Shown piece by piece: positions 17,082 to 23,978 of a stretch of 24,000 nt of DNA. The first letter of the stretch is position 1. Each line of letters opens with the position of its first letter. The stretch comes from an uncultured Thermoplasmatales archaeon (GTDB lineage Archaea; Thermoplasmatota; E2; DHVEG-1): the NCBI GenBank assembly GCA_964499875.1, contig CAZCPZ010000001.1:1-24000 (forward strand). Direction: 5' to 3'. The translations under genes were made by a program, and so were the position numbers. The notes beneath the pieces are model-generated. The model was given only the letters and a program-made list of their open reading frames with translations. It was not told where the DNA came from and searched no databases.

Positions 17082-17791
17082 CTACTTGGTGGAATCTGGA
17101 ACCAGAATGTATAGGGTGTGAAACCTATCATAACTAAGTTTGAGTAGAAATAACCCGGGAAAACCGCAAATAGGATTAAACCTATATACCCTGTTACATA
17201 TCCAATTAGTAGAGGTAGCATGTATGAGAATAATACGTAGCATACCTTTTCCACTGGATCAAGACACATTACCAAGGCTAGGCCACCAACTATAGCTAGG
17301 AAGCTTGAGAAAGCATTTATGATTCGTTGACCAAACAATCCTAATCCTATTCCAAAGCCGCCTCCAATAACTATTATAGGTGAGAGATGAGCCTGGAAGT
17401 TTTCCATGGACACTATATCATATGATGATATATTCTCCAGTATTCTACCTATGTTTTTACGTGAGAAAATATCTTCAAGAGTTGTGTTTTTATCTACTAT
17501 ATTGTGTTTTTTCAGTATCTCTAGTTCTGATTCAAGTTTATCTACTATATGAAGATCTATTTCTTCTGCGGTTTCTGATAGATTGTTAAGTAAATGCTTG
17601 TATTCCTCGAAGGGCATGTATTTTATCTTCTTCTCTATTTGACCACCCTCTTTATATCTTATTATGTGCAATCGAATGGTTTCCCCATCTAAGCGGTGTT
17701 TACTAGGTTTCGATGTAGAAGGTGTTATTGATGAGTAGGATAACACTAATAGTAGAGCTATAATAACTGTGATTTTGTTTTTGATTTGCAT
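17078..17791 (-). CDS. Hypothetical membrane protein (signal/anchor, charged helical ectodomain, glycine-zipper TM bundle)
   Basis: The ATG at 17791 is preceded by GGAGGGTGG (the ORF track extends it to a GTG at 17806). N-terminal hydrophobic segment, about 110 aa rich in K/E, then IIVIGGGFGIGLGLFG and three further hydrophobic segments. I recognise no family motif. Confidence 0.6.
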   Translation of the reverse strand: MQIKNKITVIIALLLVLSYSSITPSTSKPSKHRLDGETIRLHIIRYKEGGQIEKKIKYMPFEEYKHLLNNLSETAEEIDLHIVDKLESELEILKKHNIVDKNTTLEDIFSRKNIGRILENISSYDIVSMENFQAHLSPIIVIGGGFGIGLGLFGQRIINAFSSFLAIVGGLALVMCLDPVEKVCYVLFSYMLPLLIGYVTGYIGLILFAVFPGYFYSNLVMIGFTPYTFWFQIPPSS

Positions 17792-17878
17792 TTTTCCACC
17801 CTCCACTTGGAATGAGGTAAACCTAAAACAACCATATTATTTAATTTTGTCGATTTTTAATTCGTTTTTTAACGATAA

Positions 17879-18634
17879 TCATTGTTGACAGTTTGAACAG
17901 TAAAAAGTCTTACGCTTGTTTGGTTCTTGTCTATAAAACAATATTTTACTTTTACATCTCGGACAGATTTTTTTATTGTATATCAGTAGAATAGGCTTTA
18001 TTCCTTTACCAATAAGTTTATATTCCAGGAATTTTTGAGTAAGATCTTTTGTATACATCATTATCCTATTGATATCCCCTGATTCTAACTCCTCGACCAG
18101 TTTCTCTGGATTAACCTGTGATCTAAAGAGAATCTCGTTTCTGAGAATGTTACCGATGCCGTTGAATACTCTTTGATCAAGTAGTAGATCACCTATTTTC
18201 CTCTCCTTATTCTCCAATATTAGAGTGAGAAGTTTTTCTTCATCCCAGTTTGTTAATGGATCAACACCATAATCACTGGATAATCTATTCCATAGTTTCT
18301 CTCTAGTATCTACTTCAACTATAGGGGCATTATATACAACAAGATTAGTTTCCGGGAAGAAAAGAGTTAACCTTACTCTACTAAAAGGTTTACTATATTC
18401 TCCCTCAAATCTTATACTACCATACATCATAAGATGAATCCTTATTGCATACTCATTGAAGTATAGTAGTATATTCTTCCCAAAACTAGTAGATCCACTT
18501 AGTTTTCTACCAATTAACAAGGATGGATCAATGTATAGTTTCTTACTCTTGATAAATAAATCCTTCAATGTCTCTCCTTTAAATTGCTTTTCTATACGTA
18601 GAGCATGAATTCTAGCTGTTGGACCCTCAGTCAT
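17879..18634 (-). CDS. nei: Fpg/Nei-family DNA glycosylase / AP lyase (endonuclease VIII-like)
   Basis: N-terminus MTEGPTARI (E. coli Nei: MPEGPEIRR), conserved Lys context FGKNILL, H2TH motif LLDQRVFNGIGNILRNEILFRSQVNP, and C-terminal zinc finger CPRCKSKILFYRQEPNKRKTFYCSNCQ. I chose the ATG at 18634 over the TTG at 18649 because this family uses the residue after Met1 as the nucleophile. Confidence 0.85.
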   Translation of the reverse strand: MTEGPTARIHALRIEKQFKGETLKDLFIKSKKLYIDPSLLIGRKLSGSTSFGKNILLYFNEYAIRIHLMMYGSIRFEGEYSKPFSRVRLTLFFPETNLVVYNAPIVEVDTREKLWNRLSSDYGVDPLTNWDEEKLLTLILENKERKIGDLLLDQRVFNGIGNILRNEILFRSQVNPEKLVEELESGDINRIMMYTKDLTQKFLEYKLIGKGIKPILLIYNKKICPRCKSKILFYRQEPNKRKTFYCSNCQQ

Positions 18635-18714
18635 CCTAGATCTTCCCAAACCATATTCATGGGAGAAGAAAAGTTTTCTTTTTTATTTGTTAATCTGAAA
18701 TAGTTTTTCCTCGG

Positions 18715-19140
18715 TTATGGTTTCTGGAGGAGGAATAAGCTTAGTAGTATTAATAGTAAGATTATTGCAAGTACCACCATTACCATTGTTATCTTCCAGT
18801 TTGTACCAAAGATAATGGGTATTGGACCAATTAATACCACGCCACCTCCATGGAAAGAGGTTTTCTTCTCTGGTTTCTCTTCAAATACTTCTCTTGTATC
18901 TAAAGGTTCCTTTGCTGAGAGTGATTCCTCTATTTCTACTTCTCCTAATCTACTTAGGAAGAATAGTATGAAAGATAGCATTATGAGTAGGAATCCTATG
19001 AATGCTGTTAAACCACTACCTATTAGAAATGGCATGATGAAGAATACACCTACTTCTACTTCCCCTATTGATACACCATATAATAGTAATGTTACTCCTC
19101 CTAGGAAACAGATTATGGAGAGGAGTTGCTTGGAATTCAT
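18715..19140 (-). CDS. Small archaeal membrane protein, DUF131/TIGR00304-like
   Basis: Two N-terminal TM helices, an acidic linker, then GGGVVLIGPIPIIFG and a final TM helix. The motif is recalled from the DUF131 family and was not verified by search. 4-nt overlap with the folD stop. Confidence 0.5.
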   Translation of the reverse strand: MNSKQLLSIICFLGGVTLLLYGVSIGEVEVGVFFIMPFLIGSGLTAFIGFLLIMLSFILFFLSRLGEVEIEESLSAKEPLDTREVFEEKPEKKTSFHGGGVVLIGPIPIIFGTNWKITMVMVVLAIILLLILLSLFLLQKP

Positions 19141-19997
19141 TTCTTCATCTCCATGCAGAGTTTAAACGTCTTAGTCATGTTTAGCAGGGAGCAAGCAATG
19201 GTTACTGGTCCTACGCCTCCTGGAACTGGTGTTAGGAAACCTGCTTTATCTTTAACTGTTTCAAAGTCTACATCCCCTCTCACTCCACTACTGGTTTTTG
19301 TTATACCAACATCTATCACACATGCTCCCTCTTTAATATACTCCTCTGTGATTAAACCCGGTACACCTGTAGCTGTCACTAGTATATCTGCTTTCACAGT
19401 ATATTCTTTTATATTCTTAGTGTATATATGACAAATTGTTACTGTTGCATCCCTATTTAACATTATTGTTGCTAATGGTTTACCAACTATGTGGCTATGG
19501 TTGATTATAACGATGTTTGAACCCTTTATTGGTATCTCTATGTGTTGCAATATTCTTAGTACAGCCATTGGTGTACATGGGATGATTCTCTCTTCCCCTG
19601 TTATCAGGGTTCCAATGTTATATGGTGTTACTCCCTCTACATCCTTAAAAGGGTTAATCTTTGATAGTATTCTATGTAGACTCAAGTGTTTTGGTAATGG
19701 GAGTTGTAGTAGTATACCATGTACCTCTGGGTCATTGTTTAACTCCTCTATTAATCTATATATTTCTCCCTCAGATGTATCCCCTGGTACCATGTATTGA
19801 GTGGTTTGTATACCTATATCTAAGCATGCTTTATCTCTAAGTCTTAAGTATAGTTTTGACGACTCATCCTCTCCTATTATTATACTAGCTATACTAGGAT
19901 TGATTTTGTAGATGCTTCTAAGTTGATCTAACTCTGCCGATACCTCTTTTTTGATCTCCGCAGCGATTCTCCTCCCATCTATAATAGTAGCGCTCAT
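19137..19997 (-). CDS. folD: Bifunctional 5,10-methylenetetrahydrofolate dehydrogenase / methenyl-THF cyclohydrolase
   Basis: IIDGRRIAAEIKKEV, YLRLRDKACLDIGI, HGILLQLPLP, CTPMAVLRIL, VIINHSHIVGKPLA, TPVPGGVGPVT are canonical FolD motifs. Length 286 aa. Confidence 0.93.
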   Translation of the reverse strand: MSATIIDGRRIAAEIKKEVSAELDQLRSIYKINPSIASIIIGEDESSKLYLRLRDKACLDIGIQTTQYMVPGDTSEGEIYRLIEELNNDPEVHGILLQLPLPKHLSLHRILSKINPFKDVEGVTPYNIGTLITGEERIIPCTPMAVLRILQHIEIPIKGSNIVIINHSHIVGKPLATIMLNRDATVTICHIYTKNIKEYTVKADILVTATGVPGLITEEYIKEGACVIDVGITKTSSGVRGDVDFETVKDKAGFLTPVPGGVGPVTIACSLLNMTKTFKLCMEMKK

Positions 19998-20039
19998 AAA
20001 ATCTCTTTGAATGAAAAAGAAAGGGTTAGTTAAAAAGTT

Positions 20040-20618
20040 TTAGATGAAGAAACCTGTTATAGAGATTCTGATCCAGTTGAAGAAACCCACGCCTTCTAGT
20101 TTTATATCACCATTCTTTATTGCTTGTCTAAACCCCTCTGGATTCATGGTTTCCAGTAGATGTCTCACTATTCTCTCTGTTGTATACACGTTTATAGTTG
20201 GATCTTTTATTGGTCCCTGTTGAAATTTTACTAGTTTACCCTTCTCTATGATTACTCCTATGGTTATCACTGCTCCATTATCCTTTGTTATAAACCAGTT
20301 CATCCGCTCATCTGTGAGATATTTACCTACATCATAGTTTTTAACTACTCTACTTAGTTGAAGGAAAAGGTCATCTTCTTTACCTATGGAGAGAAGCAGG
20401 ATTTTATATGCATCTAAGGATGTAACTCTACCGTCTCTATCCATATCCGCTATTGGATCCTCACCTATCTTACCTACAGCCATTTTTAGAGCTATGAGTG
20501 CATCTACACTTGTTATCTCCTCATCATTGTTAATATCTCCCGTTATTGTTTGAGCATTAATTATGGAAGCAGGGATGATAAATAGGAGAGAGGTTAGGGG
20601 GAGGAATCTATGCTTCAT
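20040..20618 (-). CDS. Secreted dockerin-containing protein with C-terminal SCP2-like domain
   Basis: Signal peptide (LLFIIPASIINAQ). Two 22-residue dockerin repeats, DINNDEEITSVDALIALKMAVG and DMDRDGRVTSLDAYKILLLSIG (20379-20540). The C-terminal ~105 aa end in ...NPEGFRQAIKNGDIKLEGVG, which resembles the SCP2 sterol-carrier fold signature (tentative). The ATG overlaps the upstream stop as ATGA. Confidence 0.75.
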   Translation of the reverse strand: MKHRFLPLTSLLFIIPASIINAQTITGDINNDEEITSVDALIALKMAVGKIGEDPIADMDRDGRVTSLDAYKILLLSIGKEDDLFLQLSRVVKNYDVGKYLTDERMNWFITKDNGAVITIGVIIEKGKLVKFQQGPIKDPTINVYTTERIVRHLLETMNPEGFRQAIKNGDIKLEGVGFFNWIRISITGFFI

Positions 20619-21178
20619 TTTCTTGACCCTCTATGCCTCTTATAGATAAATATAATTATTATTGAAAACATGAGTATAAATATTTCAAAACCAGGTGTTC
20701 CTCCTCCACCTTCTTGAGACGTTGAAGCTGCTGCGGCTTGGAAGTTTCCATGTTCTACTGTAACCTCTATATCTGCATGGCTATCTACATCATAGGCTTT
20801 AGCATTCTGTATCGTTACAGATGTTGAACCATTACTTAGAACATTAAAGGTTATCCTAGCTATTTCTCCATCACCATTTATACCATTAGAGTCAGCTATA
20901 CCTATAGTTATTATACCCTCATTATCAGTATTTGATGACAGCATCCCCTTAACTAGGTCTCCTTTCTCCACTTTTAATACTTCTAGTATTGATGGATCAT
21001 ATAGGATTGTTAAATCTATGCTACCAACGTTTACTGCATCTTCTACTATCACTGATACCCGTGTTTCTTTACCAATCTCCCCGCTGGTATCTGGAATTGT
21101 TATTGTTAATGCAGCAGTAGTTTGAATAAATAAGGCAAGTGATATGAGAGTAATTATTATAATCTTTAAAAACCTCAT
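20615..21178 (-). CDS. Cohesin-domain protein with PGF-CTERM archaeal sorting/anchor signal
   Basis: Signal peptide, then a cohesin-like module (ETRVSVIVEDAVNVGSIDLTILYDPSILEV...GDGEIARITFNV...VEHGNF). Ala/Ser/Gly linker, then GTPGFEIFILMFSIIIIFIYKRHRGSRK (PGF + hydrophobic helix + basic tail) at 20618-20710. Confidence 0.8.
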   Translation of the reverse strand: MRFLKIIIITLISLALFIQTTAALTITIPDTSGEIGKETRVSVIVEDAVNVGSIDLTILYDPSILEVLKVEKGDLVKGMLSSNTDNEGIITIGIADSNGINGDGEIARITFNVLSNGSTSVTIQNAKAYDVDSHADIEVTVEHGNFQAAAASTSQEGGGGTPGFEIFILMFSIIIIFIYKRHRGSRK

Positions 21179-21187
21179 TCTTTATCA

Positions 21188-21195
21188 ACCTCCTT
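21188..21195 (-). promoter_or_regulatory. Shine-Dalgarno sequence AAGGAGGT for the cohesin/PGF-CTERM gene
   Basis: The plus-strand ACCTCCTT at 21188-21195 reads AAGGAGGT on the minus strand. It lies 9 nt upstream of the ATG at 21178 and just after the upstream stop at 21198-21200. A similar GGAGGAG at 23987-23993 precedes the ATG at 23978. Confidence 0.6.
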
Positions 21196-21197
21196 TC

Positions 21198-23978
21198 CTA
21201 CCCTCCTAACCCTATATCAAAGGTATACTTTATACCCTTACTGTAACCCATCAGTAGATAGTTTGTTTTATCAGCTTGTCTCTCTGTGGCTTCCTCTAGT
21301 ATCTTAGCCGCATCTAGAGATGTTACTTTACCATCATTATTCATATCGCCAATTAGATTCTCCTCTATCTTCCCAACATACATCTCTAGAGCTAATAATG
21401 CATCTATACTTGATATCATACCATCTCCATTACAGTCCCCTTTTAGTAGATCCATGGAATTAGGATCCTCAACTGTGAATACACCATTTATTATCTCGAT
21501 GTCAACAGTGTTATCATTTACATCATTTGCAGAGGCTTCTAAGGTAATAGTTGTATAGTCTCCAGGATCGCCTGTAACATTGAAGGTTATAACTGCTACA
21601 GATCCGTTTCCACTGAATCCATCGGTGTCTACAAAAGCTATGCGAACCTCACCATCTAGAATGTTTGACTCGAATAGAGAGTCTGAAGTGAAGGAACCCG
21701 TTACTGCCGAGACAGCGGATAAAACACTAGGGTTGTATCTAACTATTAAATCCATGTTTCTTATATCCCTGGCATTCACCATTTGAATAGGTATCTCAAC
21801 GGTTTCATTCGGTGGCATACTTCTACTTTCGGTGAATAAAATAGTTTTATCACTACTAGTGGTACCACTTGGTATGCCACTACCAATTATACTTCTACCA
21901 TATAAATCTTGGTACATATCAGCTAAACCAGATGGTATACTAGAGTTATCTGTTGAACCCTGTCCGAAGCCGAATAAGTTACCACTCATAATAGTACCAA
22001 TGATACTAAGAGTTTGAGTATAGTAGCTACCAAGGTTTGAGACGAGGTAATCCAGTATAAGGTATCCATCCTCGCTGTCATAGTATACAACCGGTGTAAC
22101 CTGGTAGTATTTATCTTCATCTGTTATACCACCAGCGTAGTATACATGTATACTTGTTTCCTCCGTGAACTCTATTCTATGAGTAGTTACCTTCTCATTG
22201 GTTCTTTCTTTATTAGACCACCCTCCAAACCCAGGGATTTGACTAGCGATCTTATCAAACAAACTTCTAGATTTAATTGTTACACTATGAGTTGATTTTT
22301 CTTCATTGAAACTTGACTCTGACATCCTAATCCATGTCCATTGTTCATCTGGACCAATTGACATTCCATGAGCGAAACCTTGTATCTCATTGTTTCTATC
22401 ATAGTTTAGTAGATCCCTTGTTCTAGATGGATAGGTAGCTAGTACTCCATAGGTATGCACCGGGGAATCATATGGTATAGTACTAGGTGTTGGTCCCTGT
22501 ATTGGTACCATTATCAACAGTGTTTCTCCACTGAGTTCATCTGGTTTTATAATTGGGTACTCATAAACCTTATAGGTTGTAGTGACTGCAACCATGTAGT
22601 CCCTAGAATCTGCACTGAAACCATATCCAACCTCGGTTTCATATGTTGAACCAGTTGTTTTCTCCCATTTATTCGTAACCTTCTTAGATATTGTTATCTC
22701 ACCTTTAAATAAGCCACAGATTCTATTGAATATACCTGGGTCTCCACTTGTAGTGACAATTGAAACTGATTTTACACTCATAGAAGTTGATTCACCATGT
22801 TCATTCTCATACTTTGCATAGAATACACCTCTATCAGGTATAACAGATGGATCTCGAGGTGGAGCATTTATAACCGCTATTATTTGATCAGTAAGTGTAG
22901 CCTCTCCTTTATATGTTGGTTCTCCTACAACAACTGAGTCACCATTTACATCTCCAACAGTTAAACCATCAGATGTTTCATATTCTACATCAAAACTATC
23001 CAACTCATTTCCATTTAAGTTATAGATATGTATTCTATCATCGTGCGCATCACCGGTTACTATCTCGTCTAATCCATCTTGATTTACGTCTCCAGCAGCT
23101 AATTCATCTGAGCCATCAAAATGTGCATCAATTGGCACATAAAGTAGATGCCCATTTTGATCATAGATATAGATTTTATGATAATTGTTTCCCTCTCCAA
23201 ATATGATTTCTTCTAATCCATCTCCATCTACGTCTCCACATGCTACTTCATCATCTCCATTGAAGTGCCCTTCTCTACTTGGGTCATCACCGGCAGCTGG
23301 GAAATCATCTATCTCTCTAAGCTTGTTGGATCGACTTGTATCATATTTGAATATATGAAAGTAACCATCACTGTCATCTCCATGGATTATCTCATCTATT
23401 CCATCTCCATCTATATCTCCAGCGGCAATCCTGTCGCTCCTTGTGAAACCATCATCGATCTCATACCAAGCTATCTCGTTACCATTTATATTAAAAACCC
23501 TTAAACCTTTACCGTTTGGATCACTTGCATCTCCCAGTATAATCTCCTCTTTACCATCCCCATTTATGTCTCCAACTGCTAGGTCATCGTATCTCTCAAA
23601 ATCTACATCAAAATGGGTTATCTCTGAGCTACTTAGATCTCCGGAGCTAGGTGGGACATCATATATATGTATATCATCGTCACTTGCATCACCTATAACA
23701 ACTTCATCTACTCCATCTCCATCTATATCTCCAGCAACGATAGCATCATGATTTTCATAATTTCTACTGTGGTAAGAAGTACTTATGCCACCTATAGAAG
23801 GATGGCTACCATCCATCTCGAAATACCATATCTTATCTCCTCTATCTCCTAGTATGATCTCACCATTCATTATAATCTTACCTTTACCAACTGGTGGTGT
23901 ATCCTCAGCATTTACTATTATACCTACTGCTATTAGAATTAGTAGTATTCCACCAAGATATATTATGGTCTTGGACAT
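21198..23978 (-). CDS. Large surface protein: N-terminal signal/anchor, seven FG-GAP (integrin-alpha-like) repeats, unassigned core, cohesin module, dockerin module
   Basis: FG-GAP calcium-loop motifs AGDIDGDGVDEVVIGD, VGDINGDGKEEIILGD, AGDIDGDGIDEIIHGD, CGDVDGDGLEEIIFGE, AGDVNQDGLDEIVTGD and VGDVNGDSVVVGE, plus a degenerate first repeat. Cohesin-like ETVEIPIQMVNARDIRNMDLIVRYNPSVLSAV...GNGSVAVITFNV...INGVFTV (about 21471-21806). Dockerin GDCNGDGMISSIDALLALEMYVGKIEENLIGDMNNDGKVTSLDAAKILE (21294-21440). Confidence 0.85.
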   Translation of the reverse strand: MSKTIIYLGGILLILIAVGIIVNAEDTPPVGKGKIIMNGEIILGDRGDKIWYFEMDGSHPSIGGISTSYHSRNYENHDAIVAGDIDGDGVDEVVIGDASDDDIHIYDVPPSSGDLSSSEITHFDVDFERYDDLAVGDINGDGKEEIILGDASDPNGKGLRVFNINGNEIAWYEIDDGFTRSDRIAAGDIDGDGIDEIIHGDDSDGYFHIFKYDTSRSNKLREIDDFPAAGDDPSREGHFNGDDEVACGDVDGDGLEEIIFGEGNNYHKIYIYDQNGHLLYVPIDAHFDGSDELAAGDVNQDGLDEIVTGDAHDDRIHIYNLNGNELDSFDVEYETSDGLTVGDVNGDSVVVGEPTYKGEATLTDQIIAVINAPPRDPSVIPDRGVFYAKYENEHGESTSMSVKSVSIVTTSGDPGIFNRICGLFKGEITISKKVTNKWEKTTGSTYETEVGYGFSADSRDYMVAVTTTYKVYEYPIIKPDELSGETLLIMVPIQGPTPSTIPYDSPVHTYGVLATYPSRTRDLLNYDRNNEIQGFAHGMSIGPDEQWTWIRMSESSFNEEKSTHSVTIKSRSLFDKIASQIPGFGGWSNKERTNEKVTTHRIEFTEETSIHVYYAGGITDEDKYYQVTPVVYYDSEDGYLILDYLVSNLGSYYTQTLSIIGTIMSGNLFGFGQGSTDNSSIPSGLADMYQDLYGRSIIGSGIPSGTTSSDKTILFTESRSMPPNETVEIPIQMVNARDIRNMDLIVRYNPSVLSAVSAVTGSFTSDSLFESNILDGEVRIAFVDTDGFSGNGSVAVITFNVTGDPGDYTTITLEASANDVNDNTVDIEIINGVFTVEDPNSMDLLKGDCNGDGMISSIDALLALEMYVGKIEENLIGDMNNDGKVTSLDAAKILEEATERQADKTNYLLMGYSKGIKYTFDIGLGG
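22914..23876 (-). repeat. Intragenic array of about seven FG-GAP repeat units (about 140-185 nt each)
   Basis: Recurring GAT-rich D-x-D-G-D-G coding motif. An exact 24-nt duplicate TCCATCTCCATCTATATCTCCAGC occurs at 23400-23423 and 23712-23735. These are coding repeats, not CRISPR. Confidence 0.8.

Noticed and set aside
21286-23852. Nine plus-strand ORFs (61-102 aa; e.g. 21286-21558, 22913-23206, 23443-23751) opposite the 926-aa gene
   Set aside because: Their products are low-complexity (Ser/Pro/Ile/His-rich) with no motifs. They lie entirely antisense to a gene with strong domain evidence, and the GAT/GGA-rich repeat codons of the sense strand naturally leave the antisense frames open. They are shadow ORFs.
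22914-23876. Periodic repeats of about 150-180 nt, including an exact 24-nt duplicate, which could be mistaken for a CRISPR array or tandem DNA repeat
   Set aside because: The periodicity is in-frame and encodes FG-GAP repeats (D-x-D-G-D-G loops). Unit lengths vary, the sequences between the conserved motifs belong to the same ORF, and no cas genes are nearby.
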